A DNA stretch of 62,997 nucleotides, the filler included, from Licmophora abbreviata (taxonomy: Eukaryota): the NCBI GenBank assembly GCA_900291995.1. It is 13 parts of 13 records of this genome, joined end to end, with 100 filler letters (N's around TTAATTAATTAA, not from the genome) between each part and the next. Parts side by side here need not be neighbours in the genome. Positions count along the whole stretch, not along the records: positions 11,198 to 12,579 come from OLMU01002542.1; positions 12,680 to 26,911 come from OLMU01002543.1; 11 more parts are not named here. One strand, written 5' to 3'. Under the pieces are notes generated by a model. It worked only from the letters and a program-made list of their open reading frames with translations. It had not been told where the DNA came from and did not search any database. Positions 11,493 to 21,494 of the stretch are shown piece after piece. Numbering within the stretch: the first letter of the stretch is position 1; each line of letters starts with the position of its first letter. A program made the position numbers and the translations under genes.

Positions 11493-12447
11493 ATGAGGGC
11501 TACTCCGGCTGTTCTGATCTGCTTATTCTATTACACAGCAACAACGATGACGAATCTGGTTTCCTCGTTCGTTCCACCACAACAACGATCGTCATCATCA
11601 TCACGAGCTAGCTTCATGAAACAAAACATGTTTACGGGTATTGTAGAAGAAATGGGGACTGTTGTTTCGCTGGAAGAACGTGACGACATGCCTCTCTGGG
11701 ATGGATCAAAGGGAAGCGGCACCGAACTCACCGTAAAAGGCGACGTGGTACTACAAGGAGCTTATCTAGGGTAAGCTGGTGGAATGCGGCGAACCGCAAG
11801 AAGAGAAAAAGATCGGTAGGGTTTGCATATCCATCATCATACTCACCATCCATCATTCCTTTGTCCACTCTATATACAAACACTCACATCGCAGTTGCAG
11901 TATCTGTGTCAGTGGAGTCTGTCTGACGGCTACAGAATTGCTGGTTTCCGATTCAGCCTTTAAGGTCGGTCTCGCTCCCGAAACCTTGCGTCGGACTCAT
12001 CTCGGAAAACTCATTGCCGGCGACAAGGTCAATTTGGAACGTGCCAGCGAAATTGGAGGTCGAAACTCGGGTCACTTTGTTCAGGGCCACGTCGATGGTG
12101 TGGGAACGATCGTCGACCGATGGGTTGATGCGGATAGTCTCTTTTTCAAAATACAAGTGGAACCTGATTTGAGAAAGTACATTGTCGCAAAAGGATTTAT
12201 AGCGATCGATGGAACGAGTCTGACGGTCTGTGAGGTGGGAGAGGATTGGTTCACGTTCATGTTGGTGGAGTATACGCAAAAGAAGATCATCGTGCCGGCG
12301 AAACAAGTAGGCGAAGAAGTGAATATTGAAGTGGATGTGTTGGGCAAATATTCTGAAACGGCTCTCTCGGCGCTCTTGCCGCGACTGGAGGCGTTGGAAG
12401 CCAAGGTCGAAACGCTGGAAAAAGAGCTTGCAAAAGTAAACTCGTAA
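11493..12447 (+). CDS. ribE: Riboflavin synthase, predicted plastid-targeted; intron 11771-11894
   Basis: MFTGIVEE, G|CSICVSGVCLT, VNLERA, SGHFVQGHVDG, KGFIAIDGTSLT, VNIEVD; signal peptide then VSS-FVP (ASAFAP-like) and Ser-rich transit peptide. Confidence 0.95.
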
Positions 12448-12579
12448 CCCTAACCCTAACCCTAACCCTAACCCTAACCCTAACCCTAACCCTAACCCTA
12501 ACCCTAACCCTAACCCTAACCCTAACCCTAACCCTAACCCTAACCCTAACCCTAACCCTAACCCTAACCCTAACCCTAA
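12445..12579 (+). repeat. Perfect telomere-type tandem repeat (TAACCC)x22.5 running into the spacer
   Basis: 135 nt of uninterrupted TAACCC, the complement of TTAGGG. Confidence 0.98.
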
Positions 12580-12784
12580 NNNNNNNNNNNNNNNNNNNNN
12601 NNNNNNNNNNNNNNNNNNNNNNNTTAATTAATTAANNNNNNNNNNNNNNNNNNNNNNNNNNNNNNNNNNNNNNNNNNNNACACATTGCTTGCTTTGAAGT
12701 TATAGGATAGTAAGTGAGTAACGGAGATAATACAACCTTGATATTGTTCTCGCTGTTCCATCAGTGGTCGATCGGCTAATACTC

Positions 12785-15049
12785 TCAGCTCTCGTCGTAG
12801 GCTAGGGACTGGACAATCGAGAGAGCCTTGTTCATCTCTTCCAGCTCTTCAGTCACTTCCTTGTACTTTTGTGCAAACTCAGGTGCGTCTTGCATATGCT
12901 CCAATAACACGTCGTCCGTTGAGTTCCATAGAGTATCTTGAATCGACGATGCGAGCGATCGAAATACTTCCCAGCAAATCATTGGCGTTCGATCAACAAC
13001 TCGCTTTGTAGCCACCTTGCCATACGACTCCAGTACAATCTCCATGTCTTCGGCCATGTGCTCTTCTACCGCCTTTTGTCGACTGCGCTCAAAGACTGCG
13101 TCCACAATCGATTTGATTGCGGCCGTATCAAAGACGCCACCTTCTTGGTCAAGCCGCAATGCCACCTCGATTTCGCGTTTCAATCCGCGATGACGAGCAT
13201 TGCTAATGTTTTCAAACAAGACGTGATCTTGTGTATACGGGTACTTTTCAATCTCCAAATGAGACGTCACTTGCTTGCGAGCTTCTAGAATGAGAGCTTG
13301 AGCAGTACGTCTGCTTTGCTGCTTGACGAGGGCTCGCAACATAGGGTACCGATCGGAAGTCCCCGTGCGATCCAACGATTCCGACATGGCTGCCATGAGA
13401 GTGTCTTCCGTCTCGTCGACGAGATGGGTGCAGTGGGGTTTCCAGTCCTCGTCAATGAAGTCGGAGACAAGACTCTTGAATATATCGACATTGAGAAAAC
13501 AAGCCAGGTCGTCGGTGCGGTTGTCTGCAATCTTATCCTTCAGCCAGGATGGGTCGGTCCGCAGTCGATCCAATGGGATATTCTTGAGCAAGTCAAAGGT
13601 TTTGGTATCGCGGGCAATGTACACCTTCGTCCCATCCGACCAGACATCGTCCTTTTCGAGCACCTGTTCGGAGTGATACCCGACGTAGTCAAAGAGTACC
13701 TCCGTCGAGCGATCCTTCTCGTCGACAAAGTCGACACAGGCTATGCCTGCATCCTGATCCATGTGCACAACTTCACCGCGGACGTCGCCCTTGGACGAAG
13801 TGACCAACACGAGCGCTCCTTCCACTACAGTCCGTATTGTGCCAAGGCTACCTTCTCCAATCTCAGACATGAATCGGTTGCAGCTGTCGTGCAGTCGTGC
13901 TGCCGCCGAAGTTTCACCAGGCTGTCGTTTTCGTCCACCGTTACTACGACCCTTGCCACTGAGGGTTGCTTTGAGATTATTGAGAAAGACTTGGCAAAAG
14001 TCTTGATAGTACCGCCGTTTGTCGGCAATGGTTTGGTGCAAGTTTCCCATTTCTACGAGAGTCTCAAAGGCGACCTGCTGCTTGTGTCTGATTTCCTTTA
14101 GCATGCCCGGGATCGTCTCGCGAATCATGCTCATCTGCAAATCTCCTAGCTTGCGACGAAGATTGGCCGTGCCAAACATTTCTCGATCCGAGACGTCCTT
14201 CCACGGGAGGGTGGATTCAAAAAATTCAATTTCTTGTTCCAGCCCCGCTTCAATGGTATCGTTTCGGTCTAGCGCCGCTTGTCCTCGTCCCTTGGTCATG
14301 TGAAATCCGAGAGCAAACTTGACCTTTTTTCCAAGCAAAAGATGCAAAACCTCTGTTTCAGCTCCCTCGTCAATAAGATCAGGTTTGGTAATGACGGGAA
14401 TCGTCCGTTTCGTATCCGGATCTACAGACTGCGCATCCGCCATGATTTGACTGTTGTGAAAGTCCACGTTGGCCGGAACGACGGCCAAAATAACACACCT
14501 CCGGTTTCTCAGATACTCATCCATGAGCGTATCGACATCTTCCACGAGCGTCTCACTCTCATCCGCACCCCGCGATCGCACCATGCCCGGCAGGTCCATC
14601 AAGGTCAAGTCGAGACAGTCTGGACGACAGACTGACACGGATACAATGTCACGAGCGACTTCCTTGTTTGTTTGAGTGAGAATATGCTGTTGAGCCTGGA
14701 GAATTGTCTCCGGCAGTGTCTCCCAGTCGTCGGAAGTGATAGTACGAGGCTCAAAGGCAGCATACTCATCGCTGTTGTCACTCTTCCATTGCACACTGAC
14801 GATTGCCGTACAGGTTTCACTGCCACCAGTCGACTGACTCATTTTCAGTAAGATCGGACACCGTGTTGTCAATTGATGACTGCTGGGCAGTTCGGTCATG
14901 CAAATGCTGCTGAGCAACAATGATTTCCCGCTGGATGTGTCTCCCATTACGGCAATCATTGGCAATTCAATGTACTTGCTGACGTTCGTACTGCTCGTCA
15001 AGGTTTCCATAAAATTGCGAATTGCGGCGTTGCCAGGAAGGTCCGTCAT
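12785..15049 (-). CDS. Dynamin-family GTPase, Mx-like
   Basis: LPMIAVMGDTSSGKS (G1), TRCP (G2), DLPG (G3), TKPDLID (G4), followed by stalk and GED-like helices; intronless. Confidence 0.9.
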   Translation of the reverse strand: MTDLPGNAAIRNFMETLTSSTNVSKYIELPMIAVMGDTSSGKSLLLSSICMTELPSSHQLTTRCPILLKMSQSTGGSETCTAIVSVQWKSDNSDEYAAFEPRTITSDDWETLPETILQAQQHILTQTNKEVARDIVSVSVCRPDCLDLTLMDLPGMVRSRGADESETLVEDVDTLMDEYLRNRRCVILAVVPANVDFHNSQIMADAQSVDPDTKRTIPVITKPDLIDEGAETEVLHLLLGKKVKFALGFHMTKGRGQAALDRNDTIEAGLEQEIEFFESTLPWKDVSDREMFGTANLRRKLGDLQMSMIRETIPGMLKEIRHKQQVAFETLVEMGNLHQTIADKRRYYQDFCQVFLNNLKATLSGKGRSNGGRKRQPGETSAAARLHDSCNRFMSEIGEGSLGTIRTVVEGALVLVTSSKGDVRGEVVHMDQDAGIACVDFVDEKDRSTEVLFDYVGYHSEQVLEKDDVWSDGTKVYIARDTKTFDLLKNIPLDRLRTDPSWLKDKIADNRTDDLACFLNVDIFKSLVSDFIDEDWKPHCTHLVDETEDTLMAAMSESLDRTGTSDRYPMLRALVKQQSRRTAQALILEARKQVTSHLEIEKYPYTQDHVLFENISNARHRGLKREIEVALRLDQEGGVFDTAAIKSIVDAVFERSRQKAVEEHMAEDMEIVLESYGKVATKRVVDRTPMICWEVFRSLASSIQDTLWNSTDDVLLEHMQDAPEFAQKYKEVTEELEEMNKALSIVQSLAYDES

Positions 15050-15303
15050 GATGATTCAATTCGAACTGCTTTCGAACAAGGAGTCAGAGGATCGAGAGCG
15101 TAAAGGGACGAACACACGGCGTTTTTGATTATGAGCGTGCCACTGGTGGCACTATGCTCGATGTTGTGTGTGAGCAAGCTCAAGTCTTGCGAAAGAAAAA
15201 GCGCGCCAAACTTGGATGCGTTGAGTCTGTCATTGGCGGCAAGTCTGCGCTCAGTACATGCCGCTACGGAGATTCTACGTGGATGAAGTCGTGCACGATC
15301 AAA

Positions 15304-15326
15304 TTCAAAGCTCATTTGGCGCCAAA
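15304..15326 (-). promoter_or_regulatory. E2F-like palindrome TTTGGCGCCAAA + 5 nt + CHR-like TTTGAA upstream of the dynamin gene
   Basis: Matches TTTSSCGC and TTYRAA; a second E2F-like GCGCGCCAAA lies at 15201-15210. Confidence 0.5.
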
Positions 15327-15436
15327 GATTGGATGGTTGGGGCGTAGCGACGAAGTGACCTGGGCATCCTATTTTTGGCACCTCGATCGCATTCTGCACA
15401 ATGCTTGCTCCTAAATTTTCCGTGATGGTTGCACCC

Positions 15437-17350
15437 TTATTCTCCTCCTGCCGCCGCCGCCGCCTTGACTTTGACCACACTCTCTACGAATCCAGCGGCA
15501 GCGTCGACCATCCAATTCCATTTTTGCAATGTCGGATTCGCCCCCAGTGGCCACCCCACATGTCCACCAGCCTTGGTCAAGAGCAGCATGAGGTTTCCAG
15601 ATCCACTTTTTACTAGATTGCTCGGATGCTTGGGTCCACTGTTGTCAGCGACTGTCTTCCAAGTCACGAGCGGATCGTCGAGTGCATGAACGACGCAGAG
15701 GGGGATGGAGACATTGTGAATGCGTGCGTGTGGGCGAAGTTCTACGCGAAGGTCCGATTCGTCTGCTGAGGTGTAACCGAGTGCACTCATTTCACTGTAA
15801 TAATGTTCCAAATCGCGAAACGAGTTGTATGTCACGACCGCGTGTTCGTCGATGCTCTAAGAAAGTCAAACGGGAGTGGTTAGGTGAGTGACTATCACAA
15901 CAACGATGAAGGTGCCACTCTCCACACTTACGGTGATGTGAGTAGCACGCATAAGCTCCAACATCTGCGTTCGAGTCAACCTCTCCTTGTATCGCTCCCC
16001 AAACTTTCCAATAACGAACTTCTCCCGCAACTCCTGCGCAAGCATGGGTTGCCAAAGCCTCATGGCACGCTTGAACTTGAGCTGTTGCAACATATCGAGT
16101 CCACCGGAAATAGAAATGGCTGCATCCAGCGCGCACTCGGGGCCCGATCGCGCCACGTAATTGTTCAATATAATCGCGCCCATTGAAAAACCGACCCCCG
16201 CCAAGATTTGATTCTCGCCTAGCGCGGGTCGCAGTGTCGTGGCAGCGGTATGTACATCATCGACGCGTGCGCCATGAAAGCAATTCCAACCTACAACAGG
16301 CAGATCCATGAGTCCTCGTGCGACCATGACTACAACCGTACTGCCTTCAGCAGTTCGTCGATTGGCCAGGTTCATGACATATTCTTCCCCACTGCCCCCG
16401 TTTAGTCCATGAAGTACTAGATACATTGGCTTGGACGGATCGTGACCGTCTTCAGGAAAGGAAAAGTCCATTGCTACAACCTCGCCATCCGTTGTTGGCA
16501 ACCATAAACGAGTCCATTCCGGTTTATCAATCTTGTTCAACAAAAAGGGCAGCCCTGTCCGTGAGTCTCCGGTGGGCATCCAAGTAGTCGCGCCGTACTC
16601 CGCCGAGTACGTACGACGTTCTGCTGGCCACTGTTCCACAATCTGCTTTACCATGCCATTGTTGGCATGGAAATACAGCCCCTCAGATACACCATGCGGC
16701 AAGTCTGGGCCACCAAAGACGAGCTCGCCAGTGGTAGGATCGTACACGAGATGCACAGCGAGTCCGAGCAGTAATAACGAAAGGGTAGTCACCAAGTACA
16801 GTTTGCGTCGGACGCTGGCTGCAATGGACAAAATGAACGACGCTCCCAGAAAGTAGATTCCATACTCGGGTCCATACTGCAATACGTAGAGTTCGTCGGT
16901 CGTCAACACGACGGACGAACCCACTCCAAGCAGGCACGATAGGGCTACCCAAATGCGCTTAGAACTTTCCTTTCTGGTAGACTTCGCATCGTCAGGTGTC
17001 AAGTGATCCCACAGTAGGTAGAAAATACATATAGGCGCAAGCGCGGAGGCGAAGAGGCGCAGCCATAGCTCTCCCATGGCAAGGAGGGCGGGAGATGCCT
17101 GGTGCCAGACTGTAACGACAGCGTCGAGGATCGAATTGTGGTGATCATTGCCGATGAGCGGTCCCATCGGAGGTACGTCGGTAGGAAACGGAGCGGCATT
17201 CTCGAGACAGTGGGGAGGAATGGAGGACAAGTTCAGACTCAGCAGGAATTGACGACTGGCATCGGCCAAGAAGTTCCAAGGTTCGCCTTTGGGATCCTGA
17301 AGATAAGGTCTACAAAATTCCTCCACAGAAAATGCTCCGCTTGACGACAT
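15437..17350 (-). CDS. Alpha/beta hydrolase, YheT/ABHD1-3-like, copy A; intron 15857-15931
   Basis: LHGLNGGS, nucleophile GFSMG, HALDDP, GGHVGW; N-terminal TM helices. Confidence 0.88.
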
Positions 17351-17481
17351 TATGCTTCAGATGAGGCTGAATCGTGGGCGAGGCTCCCTGCGCTCCATGA
17401 ACTTGTCTGGGGCATTGTGAGGAAAACATGAAGGACGCGGCTTCAGCGATGACGATGTGTTGCGTGACGTATCATAACAAC

Positions 17482-17504
17482 TTTGAAACGACTTTCCCGC
17501 CAAA
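17482..17504 (-). promoter_or_regulatory. E2F-like TTTGGCGGGAAA + 5 nt + CHR-like TTCAAA upstream of hydrolase copy A
   Basis: Plus strand reads TTTGAA-ACGAC-TTTCCCGCCAAA. Confidence 0.5.
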
Positions 17505-17755
17505 ACGCGGAGGAAACAAGCGGAAGATAAAGCGCCTGTGAGAAAAGCTCGTTGTCGTGATAGAGCTCGCAAGCGTAGGATGCAGAATACTACAGTGTAT
17601 TAGACTAACCTCTGCTTCTACAGTATCTCCCCAGGTAAGGTACAAAGCCGCATAATCGATATGCTTCCACCTGCCTAGTTGTCAGCTAATCTACGATTCT
17701 CTAGTCTATGTAGCTATGTTCAGCTCGTTGAAGAAGAAGGACAAGAAGACGAGGC

Positions 17756-19723
17756 TCAAGATTGCTTGCGTGCTTCTTGCGCTGATCTGGCCTGCACGAC
17801 GCTTTCGACAAACCCCTTCGCGGCGTCGCTCATCCACTTCCACTGATGCTTGGAAGGGTTCCATCCAATGGGCCATCCAACATGACCCCCTGACTTTGTT
17901 AAAAGTAACATAAGATTCCCAGACCCCGTCTTGACCAAATTCTCGGGATGCTTGTGGCCATGATTGGATGCAACTGTCTTCCAAGTGAGCAACGGATCTT
18001 CCAGTGCGTGCATCACACAGAGTGGAATGGAAACGTTATGAATGCGTGCAGTGTCAGGAATAACACCGCTCTCTGATTCTGCCAAAGAGCGGAAGCCCAT
18101 TGCGGACATCTCACTGTAGTAGTGTTCAATGCCGCTGAAGCCATTGTAGGCGACGACAGCGTTCTCGTCAATACCCTATACACGCCCCCAGAAAACAGAA
18201 AGTTTGAGAATTCTTAGCCAGATTAATGGGATGTACCATTCTAGCCGCTACTCGGTAATCATACTTACAGTCACATTGGTGGCTCGCTTGAGTTCTAACA
18301 TTTGCATTGGAGTAAGACGCTGCTTGTAGCGTTCCCCAAACTTCTTGAAAATGAAACGCTCTCGCATCTCCTGTGCCAACATAGGTTGCCACAGACGCAT
18401 CGCACGTTCATGCTTGAGTGTTGGAAGTATATCCAGCCCTCCTGAAATGGACATGGCAGCGTCCAGAGCACAGTCTTCGCCGGATCTTGCCACATAATTG
18501 TTCAATACAATGGCTCCCATGGAAAATCCGACGCCCACAAGGATTCGCTCCTTACCCACCACTGCTCGCAATACCCTAGCCGTTTCAAAAACATCGTCGA
18601 CACGCGCACCATGGAAGACGTTCCACCCCATGATGGGAAGATCCATCAATCCGCGCGCTACCATGACGACAACGGTGCTGCCATCTTGAGTGCGGCGATT
18701 CGCCAGGTCCTTGACGTACTTTTCCTCACTACCTCCGTTCAGTCCATGCAATACGAGATATGTCGGTTTGGAGGAATCATAACCGCTCTTCGGAAATGCC
18801 ACATCCAGACCGACGACTTCATTGTCCAGAGTCGGCATCCACACACGTGTCCACTTGGGCTTTTCGACGTGATTCAAAAAGAACGGTAGACCGGTGCGTG
18901 CATCACCTGTGATCATCCACGGCGTCGCCCCGTTCTCCTTGGAATACGTTCGTAGCTCCAGTGGCCAATGTTCTGCAATCAAACTCGTCATGCTATTGTC
19001 GGAGTTGTAGTAGAGGCCTTCTTGTATGTTGTGCGGAAAGTTGTCGCCCCCAAATACAAGGTTTCCACTGTCAGGATCGTACACGATATAGGCCGCCAAC
19101 AAGAGCAGACAGACAAGAAGTTTTGTAATGAGACTCATTCCGTGTCGAAGACTGGCACGAAATGCCAAGAGGGAGCTAGCCACAAGCAGGGAGAGTCCGT
19201 ATTGAGGGCCAGATTCGAAGCAGTACATTTCGTCCGTCGTGAGTACCAAGGACGCACTGACGCCAAGGAGACAAGACAAGCCTAGCGAAGTTCGTTTTCG
19301 AGCATTAGATTTTTCATCGTCGTCTTGATGATTCGTATAGTCCCAGAGGAGATGGGCGATGCAAAGCGGGGCCACGACCGAAGCAAACACACGTGACCAC
19401 AGACCTCCGAAGGCAAAGAGTGCCGGCGAAACTTGCTGCCATCCAGATACCATGGCGCCCCATGTTGACTCAGGATGGTCATGAGTGATGAGGGGTCCCA
19501 TGGGAGGGACATCGGGAGGGAATATAGAGTTTGTAGAGTCCCCACAGAGCGGCGGCATCGAAGACAAGTTGAGGGTTCGTAGAAACTCACGACTTGACGC
19601 GGGGAGCTCGCGCCAGGGCTCGCCATGCTGTCGATAGGCATCGCAGAAAGCCTCTAACGAGAAGGGGCCGTCCAGCGGAAGAGAGTCGCTTTTCCGATGA
19701 AAGAGCCACTGGAACAAGGACAT
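17756..19723 (-). CDS. Alpha/beta hydrolase, YheT/ABHD1-3-like, copy B (tandem paralog); intron 18176-18268
   Basis: Same motifs as copy A (GFSMG, HALEDP, GGHVGW) and an intron at the equivalent codon. Confidence 0.88.
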
Positions 19724-20404
19724 GGTTGCTGTTGAACGGGTGCGTTGGGTGATGGGTCTGATGTGTCTTCTGTCATGTGATGCATTTTGTGTGACACTTT
19801 TTCGATATCTTTTTTTTCCCGAACTTCCCGGAATGGCCCGACGCGCTCGCGTCAAGATACCTTGGATGAGGAAGCACGTCACAGCCATCTTGAATCTACG
19901 ACGCCGGCTGGCTTGCGAGCGATTTCATTAGTCGGCTGGCTCGGCAGGAATGTTCCAGTGGGAAAAGGGGCAGAAAATTTGTCTGCTTCACGGCACTCGG
20001 CACTGAGGCAAAATATCTGGTATGTCAACAAAGCTCATGGTAGATACCGCACTCTAGGACCAGGTGCATGCCAGTCCAGCCCGTTCGTTTCTGTTTGAGG
20101 GTGGAATCCACTGAAAAGACAACCAAAAAATTTCATCAACTTGACCCCGTCCGCTTAGATTTACTAGTATCCTCTAAACTACTCTGTTACAGCAGGGTTG
20201 TTCTTGGTCTGCCTGCCTTCTTCACCTCGACGTTACTTACGCCCGATGGATCATGTGTCCCTCGTTCGGATTGATTCTTGTGCAGCACAGTTCGCTCATG
20301 ATTCCATTTTGTTGGCGACCGCTAAAATAGATAGATCTCGGCCAAAGTCTTCGTTCTCTCACACACATACCATTTCCCCTCTCCCAACGTTTGCGTTCCT
20401 TGTC

Positions 20405-21091
20405 TTAATTGTCAGGAATGAATCTTCCCGGAACCCGCTTTGCATACTCTTCATACTCTGGAAACTTCTTCGCGAGTTCTTCTTCTTCAAATTCCGTCTT
20501 CTTGTGAAGCGTCCAGAGCAAGAGTCCCGTCAACAAGAGACGCTCGACAGATCCCGTCGACACGGAGAGTCCAATCAAGTTGCAAAGCAAGCCAGCATAA
20601 ATGGGGTGTCGCATCTTGGAGAAGAGTCCATCCGTCACCAAGTCCGTGTTGGAAGAAGGCACAGGCCACGGAGACAAGGATGACCCCAGGTCGTTGACGG
20701 CCAAGATCATGGTGAGCGCTCCGACGAGAAAGAGTCCGGGTCCCAGCAAGAACATGAGGGATCCACCGACGATGGGGATTCCTCCAAAGACGATGCAGAG
20801 CATCAGGAAGCCCTGTACAGCAACGTATCCTTCACCACGCTCTCCAGCTTTTCCTTCGGCAATGTTCTGAACGACGCTGTTGGATTTGTGCTTGAAGCGA
20901 AACATTTTGGGCTGCGTGCTGGCGCGCTTGGCTACTTTTGTGTCATCCTCTCCCGATTTGTACTTTAAGCTACTCGTCGACTGCTGCTGACGAACCAGAA
21001 AGTTGGGCTGGAAGGAGAAGGACTGGGAAGACTGAAGCGCTGCCGCGAGGAGCAGCAGCGTCGTCGTCGATGCGAACTTGAAGATCATCAT
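20405..21091 (-). CDS. ICMT/PEMT-family membrane methyltransferase, predicted plastid-targeted
   Basis: LSPWPVP...LVTDGLFSKMRHPIYAG...EEEELAKKFPEYEEY...RFIP; signal peptide then SQS-FSF. Confidence 0.8.
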   Translation of the reverse strand: MMIFKFASTTTLLLLAAALQSSQSFSFQPNFLVRQQQSTSSLKYKSGEDDTKVAKRASTQPKMFRFKHKSNSVVQNIAEGKAGERGEGYVAVQGFLMLCIVFGGIPIVGGSLMFLLGPGLFLVGALTMILAVNDLGSSLSPWPVPSSNTDLVTDGLFSKMRHPIYAGLLCNLIGLSVSTGSVERLLLTGLLLWTLHKKTEFEEEELAKKFPEYEEYAKRVPGRFIPDN

Positions 21092-21494
21092 GGTTCCGAA
21101 TGCAAGTTTGTGATGACACGCACGCCGGCAAAACAGCCACAGCCACACACCAGAAAGATCTCAGATATCTACGGGTCAATTTGCCAAAAAGTGTGAAAAG
21201 AGTCTAAAATGTGAATGAATATATTCCAAATGAATCAATAATGTCAAAACGTAGGATTCTACGGCGACACCTCAGTACGATCAGGCGCGCCATCTTTTCC
21301 GAAGGCTCATCACGCGACGGAAGACAAAGGAACGCTGGATTGATTCAAATCGGAGGCCCTCGTCGGGTTGGCCTCTCTCAATCATGGACATTTTCTCGTC
21401 GTCAGCACAATCTCGTCTCTCCTCTCTTTGTCCTCCTGGATTGCTCTTGCTCGTTCACTCTTGTTTCTCCAAGCTCGTACGTGAGACTTTTTGA

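Noticed and set aside
12445..12785. Genuine chromosome end, or telomere-linked position of the dynamin gene
   Set aside because: Repeat orientation is opposite to a right-hand telomere, and adjacency across the spacer is not evidence of linkage.
13298..14101. Long antisense and alternate-frame ORFs (for example 13298-14101, 52222-52893, 56246-56809)
   Set aside because: They shadow well-supported genes on the opposite strand and have no recognisable motifs.
20280..20410. Extension of the ICMT-like gene past its stop via a +1 shift to a GTATGT donor
   Set aside because: RFIP is a normal family C-terminus and no convincing downstream exon is visible.
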